The translations under genes were made by a program, and so were the position numbers. Positions 27,684-38,662 of a stretch of 64,000 nucleotides of DNA are shown one piece after another. The stretch covers positions 6,629 to 70,628 of the forward strand of contig JBMFSS010000007.1 in NCBI GenBank assembly GCA_049967415.1. Direction: 5' to 3'. Within the stretch, counting starts at the first letter, position 1. Each line of letters begins with the position of its first letter. Source of the stretch: Candidatus Limnocylindrales bacterium (GTDB lineage: Bacteria; Chloroflexota; Limnocylindria; Limnocylindrales; CSP1-4). The notes under the pieces were generated by a model. That model did no database searches. It worked only from the letters and a program-made list of their open reading frames with translations, and had not been told where the DNA came from.

Positions 27684-28559
27684 ATGAGCATCAGGACGGT
27701 CCTTGTCTGCGGCGCGGGGCTGATGGGGCACGGCATCGCCCAGGTTTGCGCGGTGGCCGGTCGTGACGTCTTCGTCTACGAGCCCGATCGATCCAGGTCG
27801 GAGGCCGGGCTGGCCCGCATCGCCGGCAACCTCGAGCGCGCGGTCCAGAAGGAGCGGATGACTGCGCAGGATCGCCAGGCGGCGCTGGGGCGGATCCGCA
27901 TCGCCGACGCTCTGGGCGGAGCGGTGGCCCAGTGCGACCTGGTGATCGAGGCGGTGTTCGAGGACGAGGCGGTGAAGCGCTCCCTGTTCGCGGAGCTGGA
28001 TCAGCGGGCGCCCGAGCATACCGTCCTGGCCTCCAACACCAGCTCCATCAGCATCACCCGGTTGGCCTCGGCGGTCCGGCCACCGCGGCGGGCGTCGTTC
28101 GTGGGCATGCACTTCTTCAGTCCAGTCCCGGTCATGCCGCTGATCGAACTGGTGCGCGGCGCGGAGACCTCGGACCGCGCCGAGGCCGAGGTGCGGGCAC
28201 TGGCGGCGGACCTGGGCAAGCAGGTGATCGTCAGCCGGGACCGCCCGGGGTTCGTCGTGAACCGGGTCCTGATGCCCTACCTGGTGGAAGCCATGCGCGC
28301 CTACGAGGAGGGGCTCGGGACCCTGGAGGACATTGACGCGGGCGTTCGCCTGGGCCTGAACCACCCCATGGGACCGCTGGAGCTTGCCGACTTCATCGGG
28401 CTCGACGTGTGCCTGCACGTGATGGAAGTCCTGTACGAGGGCTTCCATGAGCCGAAGTTCGCGCCCCCGCCGATCCTGCGCCAGCTGGTGGACGCGGGCT
28501 ACCTGGGCCAGAAGTCGGGGCGCGGCTTTTACACGTATCCGCGACCGGCCAGGGTCTAG
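27684..28559 (+). CDS. hbd: 3-hydroxybutyryl-CoA dehydrogenase
   Basis: MSIRTVLVCGAGLMGHGIAQV NAD-binding, ...ASNTSSISIT...GFVVNRVLMPYLVEAMRAYEEG...HPMGPLELADFIGLDV. Confidence 0.9.
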   Translation: MSIRTVLVCGAGLMGHGIAQVCAVAGRDVFVYEPDRSRSEAGLARIAGNLERAVQKERMTAQDRQAALGRIRIADALGGAVAQCDLVIEAVFEDEAVKRSLFAELDQRAPEHTVLASNTSSISITRLASAVRPPRRASFVGMHFFSPVPVMPLIELVRGAETSDRAEAEVRALAADLGKQVIVSRDRPGFVVNRVLMPYLVEAMRAYEEGLGTLEDIDAGVRLGLNHPMGPLELADFIGLDVCLHVMEVLYEGFHEPKFAPPPILRQLVDAGYLGQKSGRGFYTYPRPARV

Positions 28560-28574
28560 CGGCGGGAGCGGCCG

Positions 28575-29747
28575 GTGGCGGACGGCGCGCTCAGCGGAGA
28601 GGAGCGGCTGCTCCGGGACACGGTGCGCGACTTCGCGGACCGGGAGCTGGCGCCTGGCGCCGCCGACCGCGACGAGCAGGAGCACTATGAGCGGCGGCTC
28701 TTTGACGCGCTGGCCGGGCTGGGGCTGACGGGCGCTCCTTTTCCCGCGTCGATCGGCGGCGGCGGCCTGGCCTATCGCGCCTGGGTCCTGGTCATGGAAG
28801 AGCTGGGTGCGGTGGACATGGCGCTGGCCGTGTCGCTCAGCGTCCACGTTCTCTCGCAGGCCCCCGTGGTCCGCTGGGGCACGCCAGAGCAGCAGTCGCG
28901 CTGGTTGGCGCCCATGCTGCGCGGCGAGCGGATGGGCGCGTTTGCGCTGACCGAACCGGGCGCCGGATCCGACGCGGCCGCGATCCGGCTGCGGGCGAGC
29001 CGGATCGGGCTAGCCGACGCGCCGGAGGCGTATCGCCTGGACGGCACCAAGATCTGGATCAGCAACGCGCCGGAGGCTGAGCACTACCTGGTTTTTGCGA
29101 CCCTCGACCCGGATGCCGGACCTCGGGCGATCACGGCCTTCCTGGTGGAGAAGGGCACGCCGGGGTTCGAGTTCGGGCGCAAGGAGCGGAAGCTCGGGCT
29201 CCGGGCGAACCCGGCCTCCGAGCTGGTCTTTCGGGCCGCCCGGGTGCCGGTGGAGAACCGCCTCGGCCGCGAGGGGGACGGGTACCGGATCGCACTGTCC
29301 GCGCTCGGGGAGGGGCGAATCTCGATCGCGGCCGCGTGCACTGGGCTCGCGCGTGCGGCCCTGGAGTCGGCCGCCCGATACTGTGCCGAGCGGCAGGCCT
29401 TCGGCGGGCCACTCACGGGGCAGGAAGGGGTCCGGTTCATGCTCGCTGAGATGCAGCAGCAGGTGGCCGCCGCCCGGGCCCTCACGCGCGCGGCAGCCGA
29501 GGCCCGGGACCGCGGCGAGCCGATCGCCGAGGCCTCCTCGCTTGCCAAATGGACCGCGTCCGACGCCGCGATGCGCGTGGCCAGCGACGCGGTGCAGCTT
29601 TTTGGTGCGGCCGGGTACAGCCGCGAGAACCCGGTGGAGCGCTACCTGCGGGACGCGAAGGGCGCGCAGATCTACGAGGGCACCAACCAGGTGCACCGGC
29701 TGATCGTTGCCCAGCAGCTGCTCCGGGGACTGGGGCTGCCGGGGTGA
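28575..29747 (+). CDS. acyl-CoA dehydrogenase (short/branched-chain type)
   Basis: ACAD motifs: ALTEPGAGSD, GTKIWISNA, C-terminal QLFGAAGYSRENPVERYLRDAKGAQIYEGTNQV. Confidence 0.9.
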   Translation: MADGALSGEERLLRDTVRDFADRELAPGAADRDEQEHYERRLFDALAGLGLTGAPFPASIGGGGLAYRAWVLVMEELGAVDMALAVSLSVHVLSQAPVVRWGTPEQQSRWLAPMLRGERMGAFALTEPGAGSDAAAIRLRASRIGLADAPEAYRLDGTKIWISNAPEAEHYLVFATLDPDAGPRAITAFLVEKGTPGFEFGRKERKLGLRANPASELVFRAARVPVENRLGREGDGYRIALSALGEGRISIAAACTGLARAALESAARYCAERQAFGGPLTGQEGVRFMLAEMQQQVAAARALTRAAAEARDRGEPIAEASSLAKWTASDAAMRVASDAVQLFGAAGYSRENPVERYLRDAKGAQIYEGTNQVHRLIVAQQLLRGLGLPG

Positions 29748-29814
29748 CCAGCGTGCCGCGCGCGCTGGCAAAGGACGGCGGCAGCCGCTGACGTCCAAGC
29801 GCTAGCATGCCGGG

Positions 29815-31068
29815 ATGGAAAGCCAGCCGCTTGCGCCGGATGGGCCCTCCGGCCGCGTCTACCTCGTCTCGGCCATGCGCACGCCGATCGGGAAGTTCGC
29901 CGGCAGTCTCGCCGACGTCCCCGCCACGGTCCTTGGCGGCATCGCGATCCGGGCTGCCGTGGAGCGGGCGGGCGTGCCCCCCGAGGCGGTCGAGGAGGTG
30001 CTGATGGGGCAGGTGCTGCAGGCGGGGGCGGGGCAGGCCCCCGCGCGCCAGGCGGCCCTGAACGGCGGGCTGCCGGTGGGTGCCAGCGCCACGACCATCA
30101 ACCGGGTGTGTGGGTCCGGTCTGAAGTCGATCATGCTCGCCGCGGCCGAGATCCGCGCGGGGGACGCCGAGGTCGTCGTGGCCGGTGGCATGGAGAGCAT
30201 GAACCAGGGACCGTATCTCCTCCGGAAGGCGCGCTTCGGCTACCGGCTGGGCGGCGGCGAGCTGGTGGATGCGACCGTTTCGGACGGCCTGTGGTGCTCC
30301 ATCGAGGGGTGCCACATGGGGACCCTGGCCGAGCGGGTGGCCGGCCGTTCCGGGGTCAGCCGGGCGGACCAGGACCGGTTCGCGCTGGAGAGCCACCGGA
30401 AGGCGATCGCTGCCATCGATGCGGGCCGGTTCGCGGACGAGATCGTGCCGGTCTCGATCCGGCGCGGCCGCGAGGAGACGCTCTTCGCCACCGACGAAGG
30501 CCCTCGTCGGGATACCACGCCCGAAGCGCTGGCCCGGCTCCGGCCCGCGTTCGAGTTGCCGACCGGCGAGGATGCGCCGCCGGGCGGGGTGGGGACGGTC
30601 ACCGCCGGCAACGCGCCCGGAATCACCGATGGCGCGGCGGCCACGGTGGTGGCCAGCGAGCGGGCGGTGGAGCGGTACGGGCTGGCGCCGCTCGCGCGGA
30701 TCCTGGGGTACGCGGAGGCCGACGTGGAGCCGAAGTGGCTCTTCCTGGCCCCGATTGCCGGCGTGCGCCGCCTCCTGGAGCGCGTGCGGCTGCCGCTGGA
30801 CGCGTTCGACCTTCTGGAGATCAACGAGGCGTTTGCCGCGCAGGTGCTGGCGGACGGGCGCGAGCTGGGGTTCGACTGGTCGAGGGTCAACGTGAACGGT
30901 GGGGCGATCGCGCTGGGGCATCCGATCGGAGCGAGCGGGGCGCGGATAGTGGCCACGCTGCTGCACGAACTGGCGCGCCGCGAAGGGCGTTACGGGCTGG
31001 CGACGCTCTGCCTGGGAGGCGGCGGCTCGGTGGCCATGGCGTTCGAGCGAACGTTCGAGCGGAACTGA
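29815..31068 (+). CDS. acetyl-CoA C-acetyltransferase (thiolase II)
   Basis: NRVCGSGLKSI (active Cys), GNAPGITDGAAA, NVNGGAIALGHPIGASGARI, CLGGGGSVAMAFE. Confidence 0.9.
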   Translation: MESQPLAPDGPSGRVYLVSAMRTPIGKFAGSLADVPATVLGGIAIRAAVERAGVPPEAVEEVLMGQVLQAGAGQAPARQAALNGGLPVGASATTINRVCGSGLKSIMLAAAEIRAGDAEVVVAGGMESMNQGPYLLRKARFGYRLGGGELVDATVSDGLWCSIEGCHMGTLAERVAGRSGVSRADQDRFALESHRKAIAAIDAGRFADEIVPVSIRRGREETLFATDEGPRRDTTPEALARLRPAFELPTGEDAPPGGVGTVTAGNAPGITDGAAATVVASERAVERYGLAPLARILGYAEADVEPKWLFLAPIAGVRRLLERVRLPLDAFDLLEINEAFAAQVLADGRELGFDWSRVNVNGGAIALGHPIGASGARIVATLLHELARREGRYGLATLCLGGGGSVAMAFERTFERN

Positions 31069-31131
31069 GCGGCGCCGATCCGGCCGATCGACGCCGGTAT
31101 CATGCGTCGATACTTCGTGCGAGAGGGGACC

Positions 31132-31995
31132 ATGCGCCGGGTGGCGATCATCACTGACAGCGGGTCGGATCTCGATCCTGCCGTGGCTGCCGCCGCCGGG
31201 ATCGCGCTGGTCCCGCTCCTGGCGATCTTTGGCGACCAGGAGTTCCGGGCCGGGGTGGATCTCTCGGCGCGCGAGTTCTGGGAGCGCTTCTCCGCCCCTG
31301 GGGCTCCGTTTCCGCGCACGTCCGCGGCGAGCGCCGGGACCTTCCAGGCTGCCTTCGAGGACGCGTTCCGGGACGGCGCCCGGGCAGTGGTCTGCGTGAC
31401 GCTGGCCGGCACGCTTTCGGCCACCCTCAGCAGCGCGGAGATGGCGCGGGACGCGCTCCCCAATCGCGAGATCCACATCGTCAACAGCTGGAGCGCGAGC
31501 ATGGTCGAGGGGATCCTGGCGCAGCTGGGCGCCGAGATGGCCGACCGGGGCGTCTCCGCCGCGGAGATCGCGGCCACACTCGCAGGACGGACCCGCGACC
31601 TGCAGCTGCTCTACGTGATGGACACGCTCGAGCACCTGGTGCGCGGGGGTCGCATCGGCCGGGGCCGCGCCCTGGTGGGCGCCATGCTGTCGACGAAGCC
31701 GATCATGACCATCAACGAGGGGATCGTTGACATCGTGGACCGGCCGCGAACCCGGACGCGTGCGAGGCAGCGGCTGGTCGAGCTGGTCACTGCCCGTCCG
31801 GTGGAGCGCCTGGCGGTCCTGTACACGCCCCGGACGGAGGATGTGGACGGGCTCACAGGTCAGCTGGCGGCAGCCGCGCGGATCCCGCCAGCGGCCGTCA
31901 GCCGGCAGTTCATCGGCCCGACGATCGGCCCGCATGTGGGCCCCGGCGCGTATGGCGTGGCGGTTCTCTGGCGGGCCGAGGCGCCCGCGCAGTAG
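31132..31995 (+). CDS. DegV family fatty-acid-binding protein
   Basis: MRRVAIITDSGSDL...; DegV EDD fold. Confidence 0.8.
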   Translation: MRRVAIITDSGSDLDPAVAAAAGIALVPLLAIFGDQEFRAGVDLSAREFWERFSAPGAPFPRTSAASAGTFQAAFEDAFRDGARAVVCVTLAGTLSATLSSAEMARDALPNREIHIVNSWSASMVEGILAQLGAEMADRGVSAAEIAATLAGRTRDLQLLYVMDTLEHLVRGGRIGRGRALVGAMLSTKPIMTINEGIVDIVDRPRTRTRARQRLVELVTARPVERLAVLYTPRTEDVDGLTGQLAAAARIPPAAVSRQFIGPTIGPHVGPGAYGVAVLWRAEAPAQ

Positions 31996-32290
31996 GCCGG
32001 CCGCAGGCCGGCGCCGGGTCTCTTCCGTTGACTGCGCCAGCTGCCGCGATTCGCGGCCCTGAGCGCCTGTCCATGGCGCGGCGAAGATCGTGCGGCGCCC
32101 CGCCCCGCGAGTGGCGTGCACGCCCCGGAGGTCCACATGAGCGGGAGCCGTCTGGCCCTTCGGTATCCGAGTACCCGGCGTATAGTCCCAACCGAGACGA
32201 CCATGCGACCACGCACCGGCGCCCTGTGGGATGTTCTCCTGCCTCACGGGCGGGCCGGGCGAGTCCCAGTTTTGTCGCAGGGCGTCGGCC

Positions 32291-33571
32291 ATGGAGGACG
32301 TTCGCCAGATGGCGACAGAGCAAGTAGGCGCGATCAACGCCTGGGCGGTCGCTCAGCAACAGTTCGATCTCGCCGCCGAGAAGCTGGGGCTCGATCCGGG
32401 AATTCGCGCGGTACTCCGGGAGCCCCGACGCGAGCTGACGGTCCACTTCCCGGTCAAGATGGACGACGGGACGGTGCGGGTCTTCACCGGCTACCGCGTC
32501 CAGCACAACCTCTCGCGGGGCCCCGCCAAGGGCGGGATCCGCTACCACCAGGACGTCACCCTCGACGAGGTCAAGGCGCTCGCCATGTGGATGACATGGA
32601 AGTGCGCCGTGGTGGGGATCCCCTACGGTGGCGGCAAGGGCGGCATCATCGTCGACCCGAAGAAGCTGTCCCGGCGCGAGCTGGAGGGGATGACCCGCCG
32701 GTTCGCGACCGAGATCAGCATCATCATCGGTCCCGAGCGCGACATTCCCGCCCCGGACGTCAACACCAACGCCCAGACCATGGCCTGGATCATGGACACC
32801 TACTCGATGCACGTCGGGTACACCGTGCCGGCCGTAGTGACGGGCAAGCCGATCAGCCTGGGCGGCTCCGAGGGCCGCAATGAGGCCACCGCTCGCGGCG
32901 CCGTCTACTGCGTTGCCGAAGCGGCCAGGCATCTCAGCCTTGACCTCCACGGCGCGAAGGTCGTGGTCCAGGGCTTCGGGAACGCCGGCTCCATCGCGGC
33001 GCAGCTGATGGTGCAGGAAGGCTCGACGGTGATCGCCGTCTCCGACTCGCAGGGCGGCATCCACAACCAGGCGGGCCTGGACGTCGAGCGCGTCATCGCC
33101 TGGAAGCAGGAGCACGGCACCGTCGTGGGCTTCCCCGGCGCGCAGCCCGTCTCCAACCAGGAGATCCTCGAGATCCCGTGCGACGTGCTCATCCCGGCCG
33201 CACTGGAGAACCAGCTCACCGCCCGGAACGCCGGGCGCGTCCAGGCCAAGATCGTGGCCGAGGCCGCCAACGGCCCCACCACGCCTGAGGCGGACGCCAC
33301 GCTGTACGAGCGGGGCATCTTCCTGATTCCGGACATCCTCTGCAACGCAGGGGGCGTGACCGTGAGCTACTTCGAGTGGGTCCAGGACCTCAACCGGGAC
33401 CACTGGAGTGAGGCCCAGGTCAACGCCAAGCTCAAGGAGATCATGACCAAGGCCTTCAACGAGACACTGGCGCTCTCGGAACGGCACGAGGTCAACATGC
33501 GGACCGGCGCCTATCTGCTGGCCGTGGACCGGGTTGCCAGCGCCACCGCGCTGCGCGGTCTGTACCCCTGA
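32291..33571 (+). CDS. gdhA: NAD(P)-dependent glutamate dehydrogenase
   Basis: GPAKGGIRYH (catalytic Lys loop), GGGKGG, GFGNAGS Rossmann. Confidence 0.9.
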   Translation: MEDVRQMATEQVGAINAWAVAQQQFDLAAEKLGLDPGIRAVLREPRRELTVHFPVKMDDGTVRVFTGYRVQHNLSRGPAKGGIRYHQDVTLDEVKALAMWMTWKCAVVGIPYGGGKGGIIVDPKKLSRRELEGMTRRFATEISIIIGPERDIPAPDVNTNAQTMAWIMDTYSMHVGYTVPAVVTGKPISLGGSEGRNEATARGAVYCVAEAARHLSLDLHGAKVVVQGFGNAGSIAAQLMVQEGSTVIAVSDSQGGIHNQAGLDVERVIAWKQEHGTVVGFPGAQPVSNQEILEIPCDVLIPAALENQLTARNAGRVQAKIVAEAANGPTTPEADATLYERGIFLIPDILCNAGGVTVSYFEWVQDLNRDHWSEAQVNAKLKEIMTKAFNETLALSERHEVNMRTGAYLLAVDRVASATALRGLYP

Positions 33572-33670
33572 TCGTCGGACGGCCGTTCTGGCCGTCGCAC
33601 CTTGCATCGTGGCGATCGCCGCCGGCCTGGCCGGCGGCGATCGCGTTCCCGGGTGCTACCATCCGCTTCG

Positions 33671-34282
33671 ATGCTCGACCACGAAGAGAAATTCCTGTTC
33701 AAGGAAGAGATCCTGCAGCTTTCCAACGCCCTGTCGGAACCGGGCGCGCTGGACAACGTCGAGGATCTGCTCACCGACGTGATCACCAGCCCTCGTTTCG
33801 ACTCCGAGGTCTTCACCCTCGAGCGCTCCCTGCAGGTGATGCTGGGGTCGCGCGCCGGCACCACCCTGGTCGGGCTCCTCACGGTTGCCCCCGAGGTGTT
33901 CGATGAGGTTTCCGAGGTCCGGATCACGCCCGAAGTCCAGGAGCGGCTGGTGGCCTGGAGAGCGCGGTTCGGGCTTGCCATCGACAATGCCCTGAACTTC
34001 CTGAACAACCCGGATGGGATACAGGGGCACAACTTCAGCACGCAGATCGTGCACGTCGATGACCGCCGCGTGCTGCAGGGCCGGCTGACGCTGGTCCGCT
34101 ACAACAACGAGCCGCAGTTCTTCGTCGCCGACGCGAGCGTCCTCTACAGCCTGGTGGCCGATGTGCTGGAACGGCTCGGGCCGCACACCGAGGTGGACAC
34201 CGTGGACCCCGAGACCGTGACGCGGCTCAAGGACGCGGTGGCGCTGGTTGAGCGCCGTGCGCTCCCGAGGGAACGCGCCTGA
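33671..34282 (+). CDS. conserved hypothetical protein
   Basis: 203-aa ORF with non-biased composition (K/F/N-rich for this genome). No family recognised. Start at the ATG for MLDHEEKFLFKEE. Confidence 0.5.
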   Translation: MLDHEEKFLFKEEILQLSNALSEPGALDNVEDLLTDVITSPRFDSEVFTLERSLQVMLGSRAGTTLVGLLTVAPEVFDEVSEVRITPEVQERLVAWRARFGLAIDNALNFLNNPDGIQGHNFSTQIVHVDDRRVLQGRLTLVRYNNEPQFFVADASVLYSLVADVLERLGPHTEVDTVDPETVTRLKDAVALVERRALPRERA

Positions 34283-34290
34283 GCGGCCCC

Positions 34291-35517
34291 GTGCCAGGCC
34301 CGGACCAGGCGGGCGACCCGCGGAAGAGCGGCCATCCGGCCGGGGCCGGCGCGCTCCCCGGGCGGCCGGTCCGCCGCATCTACCTGGCGGCAACCGGCAT
34401 GAACCGCGGCAAGACCACGACCTCGCTCGGCCTGCTCGCCGCGCTGATCGGCGGCGGTCTTGCAACCGGGTTCATCAAGCCGGTCGGGCAGCGGTACGCG
34501 ATCGTGGACGGGGTGCCGGCGGACGAGGATGCCATCCTGGTCCGGGCCGTCTACGGGTTGCCGGACGCGCTCTCGGCCATGAGTCCGGTGCACATCCCCC
34601 GCGGGTTCACCCGCTCCTACATCCGCGGCGAGGTGGTGGAGGACCTGGGGGCCCGAATCGGGACCGCCTTCCGCGACGTGGCCGAGGGCCGGGACGTTGT
34701 CCTGGTCGAAGGGACGGGCCACGCGGGGGTGGGCGCCGTGATCGGCCTCTCCAACGCCGAAGTCGCCCGGATGCTGGGGGCGCCCGCGGTGATCGTCAGC
34801 GAGGGCGGGGTGGGCCGCCCGATCGACGAGATCGTGCTGAACCGTGCCCTCTTTGCCCGGCATGGCGTTGAGGTGGTGGGGGCCATCGTGAACAAGGTGG
34901 ACGTGGAAGCGCAGCCATCGCTGCCGGAGATCCTGGATGCCGGGCTGGCGCGCCATGGGATCCCGCTGCTGGGCGTGCTGCCGTTCCGGCCGCTGCTGTC
35001 GAACCCGACGCTCTCCATGCTCTGCCAGCAGCTCCAGGGCGAACTGGTTCACCCGGGGCCGGATCTGGACCGCCCGATCGGACGCATCGACATCGGTGCG
35101 ATGCAGGCGGGGCACCTGCTGGAGCGACTGGGACCGGGCAGCCTGCTGATCGTGCCGGGCGACCGGGAGGATCTCGTCCAGGCCCTGGTGACGGTCAGCC
35201 TGATGGGCCAGCCAGGGGGCGGCCGAGGCGAACCGCGGGGCGCAGGCGGCGGACCGGGCCCCGGGGCGCCCGACGTGGTGGGCCTGGTGCTGACCGGCGA
35301 ACATGCGCCGCCTCCGCGAGTCATCTCGGCCATCCGCGCCGCCGACCTGTTCGCCTACCGCGTTGCGGAGGACACCTACCAGGTGGCCTCGGAAGTCCAC
35401 GACCTGCTGGTGAAGACGCACCCGGAGGACCACGAGAAGATCGCGCTGATCCAGGCACTGGTGGCGGAGCATCTCGACGTTGGCCGCATCCTGGACCTGG
35501 CGACGCCGGCCCCATGA
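34291..35517 (+). CDS. phosphotransacetylase N-terminal-like protein (BioD-like P-loop domain plus DRTGG domain), no catalytic Pta domain
   Basis: P-loop AATGMNRGKTTTSLGL, VLVEGTGHAG, C-terminal LIVPGDREDLVQALV (DRTGG-type). Confidence 0.65.
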   Translation: MPGPDQAGDPRKSGHPAGAGALPGRPVRRIYLAATGMNRGKTTTSLGLLAALIGGGLATGFIKPVGQRYAIVDGVPADEDAILVRAVYGLPDALSAMSPVHIPRGFTRSYIRGEVVEDLGARIGTAFRDVAEGRDVVLVEGTGHAGVGAVIGLSNAEVARMLGAPAVIVSEGGVGRPIDEIVLNRALFARHGVEVVGAIVNKVDVEAQPSLPEILDAGLARHGIPLLGVLPFRPLLSNPTLSMLCQQLQGELVHPGPDLDRPIGRIDIGAMQAGHLLERLGPGSLLIVPGDREDLVQALVTVSLMGQPGGGRGEPRGAGGGPGPGAPDVVGLVLTGEHAPPPRVISAIRAADLFAYRVAEDTYQVASEVHDLLVKTHPEDHEKIALIQALVAEHLDVGRILDLATPAP

Positions 35518-35563
35518 CGCCGGCCGCATGACGCCGGCCCCATAGGGCTGGACCGGCCAGCCG

Positions 35564-36436
<873 letters not shown>

Positions 36437-36440
36437 CGGA

Positions 36441-37349
36441 CTACAGGTCTCGATCCAGGGGGATGCCGGCGTAGTTCTCCGCTCCGCGATCGGCTTCGCC
36501 CCGGCCCAGGACCTGGTCGAGGACCGATGCGTCCATCGTGCTGGACTCGGCCGGCCCGGGGAAAGCGCCGCTGGTCACGTCCAGGGCGTATGCGCGGGCG
36601 GCCTCGAGGATGGTCTCCCGCAGGTGCGCGTACGGGCGGGCGTGTCGCGGCACGAAGGAACCCAGCCCGAGCAGGTCCGTGACCACCTGTACCTGGCCGC
36701 TGCATGCCGGCCCCGCGCCAATCCCGATGGTGGGGATCCGGAGCCGCGCCGTGATCGCCGCGGCCAGCTCCTGGGGGACCAGCTCCAGCACCACCGCGAA
36801 GGCGCCCGCGTCCTGTACGGCGAGCGCGTCCGTCAGCAGGCGCCGCGCCGCTTCGCGCGTCCTGCCCTGCACCCGGACCTTGCCGCCCATCCCGTGCTTG
36901 GCCTGAGGCGTCCATCCGATGTGGCCCATGACCGGGATGCCGGCCCGCACCATCGCCTCGATGCTGCGGGCGGACCGGACACCGCCCTCGGCCTTGACGG
37001 CCTGGGCGCCTCCCTCGCGGAGGAAGCGGCCGGCGTTCTCGCGGGCCTGTTCGGCGGTCTCGTAGGAGAGAAACGGCAGGTCGGCCACCACCAGCGCGTG
37101 CTCGGTGCCGCGCGCCACGGCCTTGACGTGGTGGAGCATCTCATCCATCGAGATCCGGACCGTCGAGTCGTACCCGAGCATCACCTCGGCCACCGAGTCG
37201 CCCACCAGTAGGATCGGGATCCCTGCCTCGTCGAGGATTCGGGCGGTCGGGTAGTCGTAGGCGGTCAGCATTGGGATCCGCTGTCCATCGGCGTGGAGCC
37301 TGGCGATGTCCTGGATCGTCAGCCGGCCGGGGCTGCTCGTTGCATGCAT
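36441..37349 (-). CDS. panB: 3-methyl-2-oxobutanoate hydroxymethyltransferase
   Basis: MLTAYDYPTARILDEAGIPILLVGDSVAEVMLGYDST...VVADLPFLSYE...VKAEGG...GIPVMGHIGWTPQ. It is the C-terminal 302 aa of the 754-aa track ORF. Its ATG shares one base with the coaBC stop (TGATG). Confidence 0.9.
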   Translation of the reverse strand: MHATSSPGRLTIQDIARLHADGQRIPMLTAYDYPTARILDEAGIPILLVGDSVAEVMLGYDSTVRISMDEMLHHVKAVARGTEHALVVADLPFLSYETAEQARENAGRFLREGGAQAVKAEGGVRSARSIEAMVRAGIPVMGHIGWTPQAKHGMGGKVRVQGRTREAARRLLTDALAVQDAGAFAVVLELVPQELAAAITARLRIPTIGIGAGPACSGQVQVVTDLLGLGSFVPRHARPYAHLRETILEAARAYALDVTSGAFPGPAESSTMDASVLDQVLGRGEADRGAENYAGIPLDRDL

Positions 37350-38662
37350 CACGGCATCTCCTGGGGGGAGCTTGAAGCTGCCTGTTGCGCCGCCTCGCTC
37401 GCGGCTTCTCCGTCGGGCTGCGCCGGCAGCAGCGCCGCGATCCGGTCGAGCAAGCGGTCGGCAACCTCGCGTTTGCTCATCAGCGGCCACGGTTCGGGGT
37501 CCCGGCCCGGGGCCAGGATCGTGACCCGGTTCGTGTTGACACCGAAGCCTGCCCCGGGCTCCAGGACGTCGTTGGCGACCAGCAGGTCCACCTGCTTGCG
37601 CCGTGCCTTGTCGGCCGCCCGCTCCAGTGAGCCGGTCTCGGCCGCGAAGCCCACCAGGACCGGCCGGGGCTGCCGGGAGGTCACGAGCTGGCCCACCTCG
37701 GCGAGGATGTCTTCGGTCGGCTCCAGCTCGAGCGTGAGGGCAGCTTCTCGGGGCAGCTTGAGGGACTGGGGGTGGCGCGGCCGGAAATCCGCCACCGCCG
37801 CTGCCATCACCAGTGCATCCGCGTGCGTGAGCCCATCGAGGACCGCTTGCCGCATCTGCGCCGTGGTGGGCGCCTGCACCACGGATGCACCGGCTGGCAG
37901 TGCCACCGAGGTCTGGCCGACGATCAGCGTCACCTGGGCCCCGCGATCGAGGGCGGCCTGCGCGACGGCCACGCCCATGCGGCCCGACGAGCGGTTGCCG
38001 ATGAAGCGCACCGGGTCGATCGGCTCGACGGTGCCGCCGGCGGTGACCACCAGGCTGCGGCCGGCCAGGTCCCGGTGGGGCGCGGGGCGCTCGCCCGCCG
38101 CGATGGCCCGCGCCACGGCATCGACGATGGTATGCAGTTCTGCCAGCCGCCCGCGTCCCATCAGCCCGGACGCGAGCGGGCCCGTTTCGGGCTCCACCAC
38201 CCAATAGCCGAACTGCTGCAGGCGCCGGACGTTGGCCTGGGTCGCGGGGTGGGCGTACATCCCCGCGTCCATCGCCGGCGCTATTAGCACCGGCGCCGTG
38301 CCGGCCAGGCACGCGGCGGTGATCGTGTCGCCCGCCAGCCCGGCGGCCATGGCAGCCATCCAGTGCGCGGTTGCCGGGGCCACCAGGATCGCGTCGGCCT
38401 CGCGCGCGGCGACGATGTGCGCGATCCGCCGGTCGGCCAGGAGTTCGAGCGGATCCTGCAGGACGGGCCGGCCGCTCAGGGCCTCGAACGTGAGCGGGCC
38501 CACGAAGGCCGCGGCCGAGCGCGTCATCAGGACCTGCACGGTCGCCCCCTCCGCCGAGAGGCGACGCAGCAGTTCCACGGCTTTGTACGCGGAGATGGAG
38601 CCGGTGACGCCAAGGAGGACGCGGCGACCCTGCAAGCGCCCCCCGCCACCCGGGGCGTTCAC
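37349..38662 (-). CDS. coaBC: bifunctional phosphopantothenoylcysteine decarboxylase / phosphopantothenate--cysteine ligase
   Basis: VLLGVTGSISAYKA flavoprotein domain, and CoaB domain (VTAGGTVEPIDPVRFIGNRSSGRMG, AAVADFRP). Confidence 0.9.
   Translation of the reverse strand: MNAPGGGGRLQGRRVLLGVTGSISAYKAVELLRRLSAEGATVQVLMTRSAAAFVGPLTFEALSGRPVLQDPLELLADRRIAHIVAAREADAILVAPATAHWMAAMAAGLAGDTITAACLAGTAPVLIAPAMDAGMYAHPATQANVRRLQQFGYWVVEPETGPLASGLMGRGRLAELHTIVDAVARAIAAGERPAPHRDLAGRSLVVTAGGTVEPIDPVRFIGNRSSGRMGVAVAQAALDRGAQVTLIVGQTSVALPAGASVVQAPTTAQMRQAVLDGLTHADALVMAAAVADFRPRHPQSLKLPREAALTLELEPTEDILAEVGQLVTSRQPRPVLVGFAAETGSLERAADKARRKQVDLLVANDVLEPGAGFGVNTNRVTILAPGRDPEPWPLMSKREVADRLLDRIAALLPAQPDGEAASEAAQQAASSSPQEMP

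Noticed and set aside
29482-32337. 951-aa minus-strand ORF
   Set aside because: It is antisense to the ACAD, thiolase and DegV genes, a high-GC artefact.
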